From the NCBI RefSeq assembly GCF_006345805.1, contig NC_043017.1, positions 30,318,001 to 30,382,000 on the forward strand: a stretch of DNA of 64,000 nt, read 5' to 3'. Below, in pieces: positions 1 through 12,515 of the stretch (the stretch's first letter is position 1; each line of letters opens with the position of its first letter). Both the position numbers and the translations under genes were made by a program. The stretch is from Octopus sinensis (Eukaryota). The notes under the pieces were generated by a model that saw nothing but the letters and a program-made list of their open reading frames with translations, was not told the origin of the DNA and did no database searches.

Positions 1-300
1 TGGTGGTGGTGGTGCTGATGATGATTAAAAGGGAGGAGGCGAAGGAGGAGGAGGAGGCGGAAGTGGTGGAGAACAGGAAGAAAAAGAAATGGAAGTTGAA
101 GAGGAAAAGTAAGAGGAAAATATAATTAGAAAGCAATACGTAGAAAGAAAAGAGAACAGTGAGGAGGACGAGCAGGAGGAAGAGGAGGAGGACAATGATA
201 ATGATGAAGATGAAGAAGAATGAGAAGAAAACAAGATGAACGACAACAACACCAACAACTATGACAAAATAACAACAGCAATAACAAGCACAAGAAAACC
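1..300. repeat. Purine-rich low-complexity trinucleotide tract (GGA/GAA/GAT/AAC)
   Basis: Runs of ggt, gga, gag, gat and aac triplets; explains the Ser/Pro-rich ORF 25..258. Confidence 0.85.
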
Positions 301-309
301 AAGCAAATA

Positions 310-526
310 CTCTCTTACACTCTTTAACGTGTTTCAGTCATTTGACTGTGGCCATGCTGGAGCACCACCTTTAGTCAAGCAAACCGACCCAGGACATTCT
401 TTGGAAGACTAGTACTTATTATATCGGTTATTAGGCCGAACCGCTAAGTGACGGGGACATAAACACACAAGCATCGGTTGTCAAGCGATGTGGGGCGGGG
501 GGGCAAACACAGGCACACAAATATAT

Positions 527-559
<33 letters not shown>

Positions 560-720
560 ATATACGACGGTATTCTTTCTGTTTCCGTCTATCAAATCCA
601 CTCACAAGGCTTTGGTCCACCCGAGGCTATGGTAGAAGACACTTGCCCAAGGTGCTACGCAGTGGGACTGAACATGGAACCATGTGGTTGGTAAGGAAGC
701 TACTAACCACACACCCACTC
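310..720 (-). mobile_element. tRNA-headed SINE, family A, full length with internal (TA)n/(TG)n
   Basis: Minus strand has A/B-box head, CORE-like CCTTGGGCAAGTGTCTT, an internal microsatellite and tail GGTGCTCCAGCATGGCCACAGTCAAATGACTGAAAC; about 11 copies in the window. Confidence 0.9.
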
Positions 721-819
721 CATCTATCGATCTATACTATTTGAGGGCAATCCAGGCAAATATACGAACAGAATAAAGTGTATAACTAATGAACAGATTT
801 ATAGAAACGAAATACATAC

Positions 820-864
<45 letters not shown>

Positions 865-974
865 GTGTGTGTGTGTGTGTGTGTTTGTGTGTGTGTGTAT
901 ATACATACATACATATAAATAGGGGAGAATTCACAAAATGACAAAATACGAAGACATGTGGGAAGTGACAAAGT

Positions 975-1010
975 CTTTAACTTTTCGAACCAACACTCTT
1001 TCACAGAAAG
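975..1010 (-). ncRNA. Degenerate minimal hammerhead-like motif in a short PLE-like fragment
   Basis: Minus strand: cttt-CTGTGAA-a-gagt gttg gttc-GAAA-ag-TT-aaag. Stem I 4 bp, core mutated; related to motifs at 24847 and 27334. Confidence 0.35.
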
Positions 1011-1277
1011 GAGCACAAACACACACACATATATATTATATATATATATATATAATATATATTTCGTAAACTAGAAACAATAAAGAGTAGAAATCATAAA
1101 AGTCAACTTGTGTATTTCTGAAATCGAAGTATCTTTTCCCTCCTCCAAGTTGAAACCGAAAAAGCATCGAGAACATGGAAGCGAGACGAGGAGTGAAAAT
1201 AATATTCACCGCTATACCACTTGTTATATTCATTCTTGAGACTCTACATATATAAAGATTCACGAGACACGATCAGG

Positions 1278-1311
<34 letters not shown>

Positions 1312-1498
1312 GTGTGTGTATAGGGTTTTGGGCACGTGCGTATATGCAAGATAACGCACAATTCAGTGCAATAAAACGCATACGCATATTGGCTAAAAAA
1401 CACTGATTTCTTTAGAAAATGCTTGCATGCACAGCTATTCTTATTAAGGTTTTGATTTTTTGTTTATAGCCATGCTTACATTGTATGTTTGCTAATGC

Positions 1499-1532
<34 letters not shown>

Positions 1533-2082
1533 CTGTATCTATATATGTAGACCTATTTGTGTAAATATATATACATATTTATATATATCTAAATATGTGT
1601 GTGTGTTCGTATGTATGTATGTATGTATGTATGTATGTATGTATGTATGCCTCAATGGGTAAGATACCAAATCATGTGATACTCTGAAACAGAGAGCGAC
1701 AAAGATAGAAAAAATAGCGTAAATTCTAAAACATTTTTCTGATAATGGTAGATGAAACAAACGAGAGACGCTCAATCACTAGAAAATCGCAGACAATTGT
1801 TGAATAGAATTAGAAAAACGATAAAATTCTGAGAAATAGAAGAAAGTAAAGAATTCCTTTATATTTACTCGCTAATTAATCATCGCTCAGCGGAACGAAC
1901 GCGATACATCTATGAATCTATTTTTCCATAAGAATGCAAGTAGAGAAAAATAAACTTATTCTTTTGCTTTCCCTAAAAAAAAGGTTGTTTAAATGGAGTA
2001 TTAATTGTGTGAAATAATGAAGCAGATCAATGAAGTGGAGTGATTTTGTTTGTAACGTGACTGGGTGAAAACTAATATTTCC

Positions 2083-2135
<53 letters not shown>

Positions 2136-2498
2136 TATATATTTAAGACGTGCTAAATTTGCTATTTCGAAAGTAGATTAAATATTTGAATTCGGAAAGA
2201 CAATTTGGATGTTGATAAAATAGACTTTATTTATATTTTAACAATTGAATTCATCTGAGGTTAGTGAATGCAATTCGTAAAAATTTCCCCGCCAACATGG
2301 AATCTATACACCTATAAACGGATTCTTATACTAGTTTATATATACATAAATATACAAACACATATACTCACACACACACACACACACACACACACAATTC
2401 CATGTGATGAAGAATTTTGTTTCTGAACCTTATACGTGGCATTTTATGAAGGTTTCTTAGTGTAACATCGAGCATGTATGTGTTTTATATATATATAA

Positions 2499-2725
2499 GG
2501 CGGCGAGCTGGCAGACACGTTAGCGCGCCGGGCGGAATGCTTAGCGGTATTTCGTCTGTCGTTACGTTCTGAGTTCAAATTTCGCCAAGGTCGACTTTGC
2601 CTTTCATCCTTTCGGGGGTCGATAAATAAAAGTACCAGTTTCCCACTGGGGTCGATGTAATCGACTTAATCCCTTTGTCTGTCCTCTCTATGTTTAGCCC
2701 CTTGTGGGCAATAATGAAAGAGATA
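2499..2725 (+). mobile_element. tRNA-headed SINE, family B
   Basis: GGCGGCGAGCTGGCAGA..GAGTTCAAATTTCGCC..GCCTTTCATCCTTTCGGGG..CCCCTTGTGGGCAATAA; matches copies at 14450, 16565, 23563, 48670 and 58679. Confidence 0.9.
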
Positions 2726-3167
2726 TGTGTGTGTGTGTGTGTGTGTGGTGTCTGTGTGTGTGTGTAAGCGTGCGTACAATGCTGTGATAGGTAACATTTC
2801 TACTACATATAAGAGAACAGTTCCGGATTCGAAATCATTTTCTCTCACAATGTCTCCCGTACGCCTCTGGTCACAGGTATATAAAGAAATGTAAATGCAT
2901 ACACACCGAAATAAGCGAAACAGAGATTAAAGAGCGAGGTACATCTTAGCGAGTCACCTCACGGGGTACATCTGCACTGAATGATGCACCATATCCAGTG
3001 GTACAGAACCTCACCTGAGAGGGACCGAGTCAAAACGATCATAGTGGTTAATAAATGCCGGGAATTCCGTTTACTTGTTCTCTCATTATATCTATATACC
3101 TATCTATCTATTTAACTCTTTCTCTCTCTCTCTCTTCCACCATAGCCGCGCCTGCCCTTATATATAT

Positions 3168-3212
<45 letters not shown>

Positions 3213-3384
3213 TGTATATACACACACATATATATATGTATATACACACATATATATATACACATATACACACATATATGTATATACACACATATATATA
3301 TACACACATATACACACATATGTATATACACACATATATATACACATATATATGTGTGTGCGTGTTCATTTATATGTGTGCGCA

Positions 3385-3565
3385 TGTGTGTTCTTCACTC
3401 CATCATCTCCTGACTAGCAATATTGTTCTGTTTTACGTCTAAGTAAACTGCGGTTTGTCAAAGACACCAATAGAATAAGTACTAGTCTTACACAAAATAA
3501 GTCCTGGTGTCGATTTCTTCGTCTAACACACCTTCAGTTCGATGCTCCAGCATGGCCTGAGACAA
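3385..3565 (+). mobile_element. SINE family A, decayed 3' half
   Basis: atagaataagtactagtcttacacaaaataagtcctggtgtcgattt..gatgctccagcatggcc matches the family A tail. Confidence 0.7.
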
Positions 3566-4094
3566 ATGTGTCAATGTGTGTGTGTGTGTGTGTTTATATT
3601 TGTGCGTGTATGGTTATGCATGTGTTACCTTTTCTGTGATAGTGTGTCTTTATACCGGACTTGAAACACAATATCCTGTTGTCTGTATGTTCTATATAAA
3701 CTCCAAGATCTCCCCCCAGAACATCCGCAGTTCATTGACCGACAGAAATATAAAACATACGTCAACAGCAATAAAATGTTGAAAACGTACATAAACTGTA
3801 TTGATGTTACTAGATATGATCGGGCAGTATCCCTGGTTTCGTTTGCATATCTTTGATCTAACTAATCGATCAAATTTATGAGGAATGTTTCTTTTTTCAG
3901 AATAGTCTCCTCTGGACGGCAATGTAATATCTAACAGTAAAATCAATAAACTACATTGAAACTATTAAATAGTAATAACACTAACAGCTAGTATTCATTA
4001 TGAATAATATTACATAATGCTTATTTGTCACAATGAATAACATTATGATACACATAATAGCAATGTATAATATTGGTTTAAAATGTTGGCAAAG

Positions 4095-4290
4095 GGACAG
4101 CAAGCTAGCGGAAGGGAATACGTCAATTACATCGGCCCCAGTGTTCAAAGAGTACCTATTGTATGGACGTGATACTATGAAAAACAAAGTCTCTGTCAGC
4201 GGAATTACAAATGAGAACGAAAATACGGACGAAACGTCGCTAAGAATTTTGTCAGGCGTTCTAACAGTTCTGCCAGTACGCCGTCCTGCA
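4095..4290 (-). mobile_element. SINE family B-related, old diverged copy
   Basis: tcaattacatcggccccagtg..ggaatt..ctaacagttctgccag aligns to the reverse complement of family B. Confidence 0.55.
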
Positions 4291-4379
4291 GTGAGACATT
4301 ATAATGCAATGTCACTTTTTGATAGTAAAATTAAGTTTTAACAAAAGGAACAGAAAAGCTAATTATTTTTTTCCATAAA

Positions 4380-5782
4380 AGTGTGTGTGTGTGTTCATGT
4401 GAGTGTGGGTGTGTGTGTGTTCATGTGAGTGTGGGTGTGTGTGTGTTCATGTGAGTGTGGGTGTGTGTGTGTTCATGTGAGTGTGTGTGTGTGTGTGTTC
4501 ATGTGAGTGTGTGTGTGTGTGTGTGTCGTGTGAGTGGTGGTGTGTGTTTCATGTGATGTGGGGGTGTGTGTTTGTTCATGTGAGTGTGGGGTGGGTGTGT
4601 GTGTTCATGTGAGTGTGTGTGTGTGTTCATGTGAGTGTGTGTGTGTTGTTTCGTGTGAGTGTGTGTGTGTGTGTTAATGTTGAGTGGTGGTTGTTGTGTG
4701 TTCATGTGAGTGTGGGTGTGTGTGTTCATGTGAGTGTGTGTTGTGTGTGTGTTCATGTGTGAGTGGTGGTGTGTTCATGTGAGTGTGTGTGTGTGTGTTC
4801 ATGTGAGTGTGGTGGGTGTTGTTCATGTGAGTGTGGTGTGTGTGTGTTCGTGTGAGTGGTGTGTGTGTGTGTTCGTGTGTGTGTGTGTGTGTGTGTTCGT
4901 GTGTGTGTGTTCGTGTGTGTGTGTGTTCGTGTGTGTGTGTTCGTGTGTGTGTGTGTGTGTTCGTGTGTGTGTGTGTGTGTTCGTGTGTGTGTGTGTTCGT
5001 GTGTGTGTGTTCGTGTGTGTGTGTGTTCGTGTGTGTGTGTTCGTGTGTGTGTTTGTGTGTGTTCGTGTGTGTGTTTTTGTGTGTGTTCGTGTGTGTTCGT
5101 GTGTTCGTGTGGTTCGTGTGTGTGTGTGTGTTCGTGTGTGTTTGTGTTTCGTGTGTGGGTGTGTGTTCGTGTGGTGTTGTGTGTGTGTGTGGTGTGTGGT
5201 GTTCGTGTGTGTGTGTTTTCGTGTGTGTGTGTGTTGTTGTGTGTGTGTGTGTTCGTGTGTTCGTGTGTGTGTGTGTGTTCGTGTGTGTGTGTGTTCGTGT
5301 GTGTTTGTGTGTTCGTGTGTGTGTGTGTGTTCGTGTGTGTGTGTGTGTTCGTGTGTGTGTGTGTTGTTCGTGGTGTGTGTGTGTGTTATCGTGTGTGTGT
5401 GGTGTTCGTGTGTGTGTGTGTGTTCGTGTGTGTGTGTTCGTGGGTGTGTGTTCGTGGGTGTGTGTTCGTGGGTGTGTGTTCGTGGGTGTGTGTTCGTGGG
5501 TGTGTGTTCGTGGGTGTGTGTTCGTGGGTGTGTGTTCGTGGGTGTGCGCGCGAGTGTGTGCGCGCGAGTGTGTGTGCGCGAGTGTGTGTGCGCGAGTGTG
5601 TGTGCGCGAGTGTGTGTGCGCGAGTGTGTGCGCGCGAGTGTGTGCGCGCGAGTGTGTGTGCGCGAGTGTGTGTGTGTGTGCGTGGGTGTGTGTGCGTGGG
5701 TGTGTGTGCGTGGGTGTGTATGCGTGGGTGGGTGTTCGTGTGGGGGTGTGCGTTGGTGTGTGTTCGTGTCTGTGTGTGTGTG
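4380..5782. repeat. 1.4-kb compound (GT)n-based micro/minisatellite
   Basis: (GT)n interrupted successively by TTCATGTGA, TTCG, TTCGTGGG and GCGCGA motifs; source of the long Val/Cys ORFs at 4734-5862. Confidence 0.95.
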
Positions 5783-6294
5783 ATTTTATGCAATTAAATA
5801 GATCTTCAATTTTTGGATTAGATACATCAGGTTCACATTTTAGAGTCGAAATTGTTTCCTAACAAATACACTTACGATTCTGTAGACATTTTGTAATATG
5901 CACATTTGAGGAGGTAGACTACATATTTCATAATAACTATTTTCTGACAAATATGTACAAACACGCCTACACCATATCCTTGGCCACACCAATGCAATCC
6001 TATAAAAGCGTTCATTATACGACAAAAGCGGAATCACGCAATAAAAGCGAAAAACAAAAGTATATATTTGCAGAGGATGTAATGATATAAAATATATTAT
6101 TCTTCGGTTATGTTGTTGACATAATATATATATTAATATCTCGATGGTATTGTAGTTGTTAAGCCAAAACTGTTCCTTATATTGGAGATTCAGAGTACAA
6201 AGATGTCCATATGGAATCAAACTATAGCTATTTGCACACATATATTTTGTACAGAATTCTTCATTATATGTTAGAGTCAGCAGTATGGTTGCTT

Positions 6295-6640
6295 ATATAT
6301 ACATATGTATGTGTATGCATGTGTACGTATGTATATGTATGTTTGTCTATGTATGTATATGACTATGTATGTGTATGTCTGTGTATGTGTATGTCTGTGT
6401 ATGTTTATGTATGTGTATGTGTGTGTATGTGTGTGTATGTGTGTGTATGTGTGTGTATGTGTGTGTATGTGTGTGTATGTATGTGTATGTATGTGTATGT
6501 ATGTGTATGTGTGTGTATGTATGTGTGTGTATGTGTGTCACTATATGTATAAATATATGTGTATGTATGTATGTATGTATGTATATTTATATGTGTGTGT
6601 GTGTGTATATGTATGTCGATAGATAGATAGATATACATAA
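6295..6640. repeat. (TATG/TGTA) compound microsatellite
   Basis: Direct inspection. Confidence 0.9.
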
Positions 6641-6750
6641 ATGTCTAATGATGAAAATTAATGACCGACACTGCATTTGTTCATAAGATTTCTTTATTTT
6701 TGAATTGAGGCTTTCATTGCATTCGTGTTAAGAGAAGTACAAAACACGTT

Positions 6751-6803
<53 letters not shown>

Positions 6804-6839
6804 TATATATATGTATGTGTGTGTGTGTGTGTTTCTGTA

Positions 6840-7033
6840 TCTGTGTTTGTCTCCCTAGCATTGCTTGACAACCGATGCTGGTGTGTTTACTTCCCCGTCA
6901 ATTAGCGGTTCGGCAAAAAGAGACCGATAGAATAAGTACTGGGCTTACAAAGAATAAGTTCCGGGGTCGATTTGCTCGATTAAAGGAGGTGCTCCAGCAC
7001 GGCCGCAGTCAAATGACTGAAACAAGTAAAAGA
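6840..7033 (+). mobile_element. SINE family A, 3' half
   Basis: gcttgacaaccgatgctggtgtgtttac..gtgctccagcacggccgcagtcaaatgactgaaacaagtaaaagag. Confidence 0.85.
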
Positions 7034-7499
7034 GTATATATATATATATATATATATATAACTTAGAATAACTTAGAAAGGTAGTGGCCAGTATTGGCCC
7101 AGGCCATGTCTAACTTAATCGCACCACCTCTCGAAGTCTTTTAATACTTTGTTTTTTCTGTATTGTTGTTTTTTTTTCTGTATTGTTACGTTTAACCATG
7201 TTTTTTTCTTGTGCGTATATAGACGTATGTATGAACCGTTACGGTACGCGTGTGTGTATGAGTTTGTATATATATATTATGCGTATACATTTTTGTGAAA
7301 AATGCGAGTGAAGATGTGTACGTTTTCATAGTGACATATACTTACGCACGTGGACAGGCAAACGCACATGTGAGCGTATGATTAGCCATGCTTACGTGTT
7401 TACTATGAACTTTTAACCTTAATTTATATAAGTAGCGGAATTATACAGTAATTTCCCTTTGAATAACGGTATTTTTTCATAAAGTTTTTCAGATGGCCA

Positions 7500-7560
7500 G
7501 ATAACCGAAGAGATGGTGTTGTGGATTTCCACTTCGGCATCCGAAACTCAGAGTTTTATC
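7500..7560 (+). ncRNA. Type I hammerhead-like motif, CCGAAGA core variant
   Basis: gataa-CCGAAGA-gatg..gtgga ttt ccac..catcc-GAAA-ctcagag-TT-ttatc. Stem I gataa/ttatc; stem III near-palindromic. Lies near the end of a (TA)n-flanked segment (~7060-7597). Confidence 0.6.
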
Positions 7561-7594
7561 TTAGCTATTGAATAATGGCAACATATTAATTTAC

Positions 7595-7647
<53 letters not shown>

Positions 7648-8629
7648 GTCATATATTTACACATACCCCATACACGCACAAATATATTTACATGTTTGTT
7701 GTGTGTCCGGGTGCGCGCACGCCAGCGTAGGTGTGAATGTTTGCATGCATATAGAAAAATATATCTGTACGAACTTAATAACGTATTACGTATTCGTGTG
7801 ATGTTATTTAAAAATTGGCTCAGCTTTATTAACCGATATCGTGTGATTTGCAATAGTGCAGTAATTTTCGTCAATTTTAGTGGTCATTATGGAAGGCTAA
7901 CATGTCTCCTTGAATTACCTTTTGTAAGATTTGGTGATAGCTGAAGTGTCATTTCTGTTAGTTTTCAAATACCATATATGGCTTGATATTCATTCCGTTT
8001 TGTGAGTTGTTTCATCAATATTTATAATCATTCATGTGGTAAAGAAGATGTTATATAGCGCAAATATAAGACGTTTTATATTCATCTATGGAAAAATAAC
8101 TTTGAAATAATTCATTTGCAATGAATTATTTGCGAAAGCTGTCTACTTCACTGTCTAGAGAGTATATGAGATGTTTTGAAAATAAATGAATTACTGCTTT
8201 TCCAAATCAACAAATATCACAGTTGTAAGATGCAGAAAAAGTAAAAAAAAAATTGTTACGAATAAACTACATTAACGAAAATATGAAACGTACGTACATT
8301 TTGGTTAGGTATTAAAATTTTGGAAAATAATCTATGTGAGAACCAGAGTATTGATTATACTGATGAGGTGTAGAGGTGTAAAAACAGAAAATTTTATGTG
8401 ACTTCCATATATTTCAAACGTGATTTAATATAAAACTCTAAAATTATTGATTCCTAAAACAAATCGTACAAAACAGCATGGAAGTATATGGCATTAAGTT
8501 TTTGTATGTGTTATGAGGCTTGAAGTATAGACAAAACATATAGTAGGGGTCTTGTAGATTACTTTCCAGGATAACTTCTCCGAAGCATCCATCTCACAAC
8601 GGTGCCTCAGTTACTTCTTTGAGAAAGTA

Positions 8630-8970
8630 TCTACCTCTCTCACTCTCTCTCCATCCCTCTATCTATCTATCTATCCATCCATCCATCCACCTGTCTATCT
8701 ATCCATCCAACTGTCTATCTATCCATCCAACTGTCTGTCTACCTATCTATCCATCCATCCATCCATTCACCTGTCTATCCATCCATTCATCCTTCCATCA
8801 ACCTGTCTATCTATCTATCCATCCATCTACCTGTCTATCTATCCATCCATCTATCTACCTGTCTATCCGTCTATCTGTCTATCTATCCATCCATCGACCT
8901 GTCTATCCATCCATCTACCTGTCTATCCATCCATCTACCTGTCTATCCATCCATCCATCTATCTATCTAT
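8630..8970. repeat. (CCAT/CTAT/CTGT) tetranucleotide compound repeat
   Basis: Direct inspection. Confidence 0.9.
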
Positions 8971-9071
8971 ACACATATATATCACTCCATGATATATAAA
9001 AATTCTACTCTTTCACTACTTTCAGCTGAAAGCCTGTGGTTATACTGAATGCCGCCAACTCTGTGTGTGAT

Positions 9072-9123
<52 letters not shown>

Positions 9124-9670
9124 GGATGATGAAGTGAACGGAGATGTTACAGTTGTTACAAGCGAAAGAAAGAAAGGTTAAAAGTCATAGGATAACAAGT
9201 AGGGGTGAGGAGAAGAAAACGGGGAAAAGAAGAAAAAGAAATACAAGAAAAAGAAACAAAATTGAGAGAATGGGAAATACAGTTAGCGGTTGAGAGAGTC
9301 CATCCTCATCTATTTGTTTTCTCTGCCCCCTCTCTCTCTCCGTCTCTGGTATTCCTTAATCCTTTTCCCCCTCCCTCTTATCTCATTCTCTTTTGACTTC
9401 CTTCCTTAACTTGTTTCTCTCCCTCCTCTTTCCCTCTCTCACCATCGTTCCTCTGTCCCTATGATTTCATTTTCCCTCTCTCGTATTCCTTAATCCCTCC
9501 CTCTTATCTCTCATTCTCTTTTGACTTCCTTCATCACCCTGTTTCTCTCTCCTTTCTTCACATTCTGTGATCCCTCCCTTTCATTATTTGGTCCCTCTGG
9601 TTTCTTTCCTTAGTTCTTCTGCTTACTTCAACACCTCCCCTCTTCTGAAGAGGCGTGAGTAGGGAGTTAT

Positions 9671-10180
9671 TCTACCCTATCCTTAACTTTAAGATTGTTA
9701 ATTCTTCTTGCCTCCAAACTCACCTATTTATATAAATTTGTGTTATCTTTTTTGTAGGTGTCCTTAATGCTGTCCTTAAGTAGACGTTTATAAACATTTT
9801 TGTCAACTGCGTATAAGACTTTTGTCTTCTCGGAGTTTACAAAGATCTAATCCGAGTTCTTTATGTCAATTTTTTTTCCTTCACATCTCTTTGGAGTTGG
9901 TTGTTGAATTTGTGGAATTTAATTCTTCACATAAGCTCGAAAAGATTTTTTTCAAAGGTTTCCGATTCCGAAATACGAAGTGTATTTTTAGATTTAAGGT
10001 CACATTTGATTCCGTTAGATAGATTTCCGCTTTGTATCAAAGACGAAGGCTTTCCATATTATACTTCGGATAAAATTATCCGGTTTTTCGATAAGACTTT
10101 TGAGGTATCGCTTCTGTACCGAGATGGGTATATATTTTAGGGGAAAATCTAATAGGTAAAGTTCCAATTTTTCCAGCAGT
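9671..10180 (-). pseudogene. Penelope-like retroelement ORF, N-terminal region upstream of the RT core, disrupted
   Basis: Manual translation across frameshifts and stops: LDFPLKYIPISVQKRYLKSLIEKPDNFIRSIIWKAFVF..ETFEKNLFELM*RIKFHK..DIKNSD*IFVNSEKTKVLYAVDKNVYKRLLKDSIKDTYKK..EARRINNLKVKDRVE. Resembles the PLE N-terminal pattern KNIPIP..YLK.LIEK..FI.RMRWKA..ADKT.NLY..Y.KLL...I.KTYKK (recalled, not searched). An HHR-like motif lies just upstream on the same strand. Confidence 0.75.
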
Positions 10181-10334
10181 TTTTTTCTTCCTACTTGTGG
10201 TGAGTCGCTCAAACTTTCTAAAAAAAGGAGCGGTTTACAGGAGAGTAAGCACATAAATGCGAAAAAAGGTGGGAGAAAAAGGGTACTCCATATCAGTGGT
10301 AGAATAATATGCTGCATTAATCACAAATATCACA

Positions 10335-10378
10335 AAAACTTACTCAGAGTTTCACGATCCCGTTCGGCGGACAGTTTT
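10335..10378 (-). ncRNA. Hammerhead-like motif 5' of the PLE ORF remnant
   Basis: Minus strand: aaaact-gt-CCGCCGA-acg ggat cgt-GAAA-ctctgag-TA-agtttt. Stem I 6 bp, stem II 3 bp, near-palindromic stem III, GUA triplet, core mutated. Confidence 0.55.
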
Positions 10379-11059
10379 GTTCAGAACAGAGCAAGAGAAC
10401 GTTATATGCTCAAACAGAATTACTTTCATAGATATACATTTGAAAATGGCTTTTGCTTCCCTGGTCCTTTCAACTAACGGTCTTTTCAATAACAGGTAAC
10501 GAGAAATAACAAATTGCGGTTTTAAAAATCGAAGAAAACCTTAAATCGAAAATAGTTTATGAAAAAGTAAACATGCCCCAATACCTAGGGTAAATAATTA
10601 GCTATAAAAACAATAAATTAATAATTTAAAAGATGTATCCGTTAAAAAATTTTTCACCTTAAAATACATATACATTTAGCAATACATACACATACGAAAC
10701 AATCTATAATATACGTACATACATTAAACGTACAGACGTAGGTACATGATTACATACGTATACAGATATATATAGGCACAACATGCCTACATATGTATAC
10801 ACGCAGACACACTCATGCGCACAAACCCACCTGCTGTATGCTTATACAACTTAGTTGATACAGGTAAAAGAAAGAAAGAAAAGGAAGAAAAGAATCTGAG
10901 GAAAACAAGACGAAAGTATGAAGAAAGAAAAAGGGGGGGGGAGAAAATTAGAGAAAGAAAGGGGGGAAAAAGCAGATAGAGATAGTGAGGGTGAAATGAT
11001 TGGCATTCCTATAAATATTTAACGAAAGTACGTTCGGCCAGAGAGAGACACATAAAATT

Positions 11060-11302
11060 AATACAAACATACATACACATACACACACATTCAAATATAC
11101 AAATAAATATGTACGCAAAGACATGCCCATATATATATATACATACATATATATATACGCACACATATATATATACGCACACATATATATATATATACAT
11201 ATATATATACGCACACATATATATATATATACATATATATATACGCACATATATATATATATATACACATATATATATACGCACACACATACATATATAT
11301 AT
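11060..11302. repeat. (TA)n/(CA)n compound microsatellite with a recurring ATACGCAC unit
   Basis: Direct inspection. Confidence 0.85.
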
Positions 11303-11616
11303 AGCGAGAGTCATATCTTCACCTCAAGATAAATATAACATATATACGCAAGCACTTTTAAAAACAGTCTGGTATATATAATAGGAAAATGTTAAACGAA
11401 GGAAATTGCACAATAAATTAATATAGCATAATGAGTGAACAATAAGAATAAAAATAAAAGTTGGCGAAACTTAAGCTTAAATTTGTAAAACATGGGAAAA
11501 TTTTCTGCAAAGTGAAGTGGAAATATGCACTAACTTTGTTATAGAAAATAACTATAAGGTAAAATTCAAACACCACGTGTATGTATATATGTCTCCATGT
11601 GTGTGTGTACATGTAT

Positions 11617-11660
<44 letters not shown>

Positions 11661-11710
11661 ATGTATATATTCATATGTATATGTGTGAGTGTGTATGTGT
11701 TTATGTATGC

Positions 11711-11759
<49 letters not shown>

Positions 11760-11761
<2 letters not shown>

Positions 11762-11930
11762 ATATTGGTAAAAACGGTAAGATAACAAAAGAAAGATAGA
11801 GACCTCAATATTATGTAAATAGAGGAAATTTATATGTAAAATAACATGTTACAAATATTCAAAAGTCAAGATAAAACTCTGAGTTCCGGATGCTGAAGTG
11901 GAAATCCACAACACCATCTCTTTGGTTATC
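11760..11930 (-). mobile_element. PLE-like terminal-repeat fragment, second copy of the 7500 family, with decayed HHR (11870-11930)
   Basis: Reverse complement gataaccaaagagatggtgttgtggatttccacttcagcatccggaactcagagttttatc differs from 7500-7560 at 3 positions; flanked by (TA)n on both sides. Confidence 0.7.
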
Positions 11931-11946
11931 TATAATATATATATAT

Positions 11947-12483
11947 ACGAGCAAAATGCCCCCCGTCCAATGGACGGTGCTGGGTTGTCAAATATTTAAA
12001 CCAAATTTTCTCAACACAACTTGTCTACCGTCCCATAGGCATTCCCTTTGAGAAAAACTGATTTAACTTAAATTTAAGACACCAGCAAAACAAGAAATAA
12101 AGATTTTAGAAAACTATCTTATTCACACAAATATGCAGCCGAAGAGTTTAAAGTACCAGCAATGATAAGGCTCTTGACTGGGACACAGAGATGGTTTAAA
12201 CAGTAAGCTTGACTGGAAAGAAACGTGCCTTTAAACAGTACAAAAAGAACAAAAAAACGGAAGTCCATTTATGTACATGTTGATGGAAGAAAAAACAGGA
12301 CCAAAACGGCTTTCTCTATCGCATTCTTACCTGGAATCGATTTTTGTAATTATTTCAAGATATATACATGCAGATACCGTCGGTATCTACTAATCATATT
12401 TGAGCGCAATCGGATGGAGGATGCCTGAGATCCTAGAAGACACACACAGAGACAGACAGAACGCTGCAATTGTTTATATATAC
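11947..12483 (-). mobile_element. Non-autonomous Helitron-like element
   Basis: Minus-strand 3' end has hairpin CCGTCC-ATT-GGACGG followed by CTCG/T (decayed CTRR). The other end has aatcggatggagg..acagacag..tttatatata, typical of this class. Confidence 0.55.
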
Positions 12484-12515
12484 AAATATATATATATATA
12501 TATATGTATGTATAT

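Noticed and set aside
4734-5862. Longest ORFs in the track (313-349 aa, Cys/Val-rich)
   Set aside because: Translations of a (GT)n array open in all three frames; not genes. The same applies to the many YI/HT/CV-repeat ORFs.
8356-8400. CTGATGA..GAAA hammerhead candidate
   Set aside because: No closing pair for stem II; compatible with chance in AT-rich DNA.
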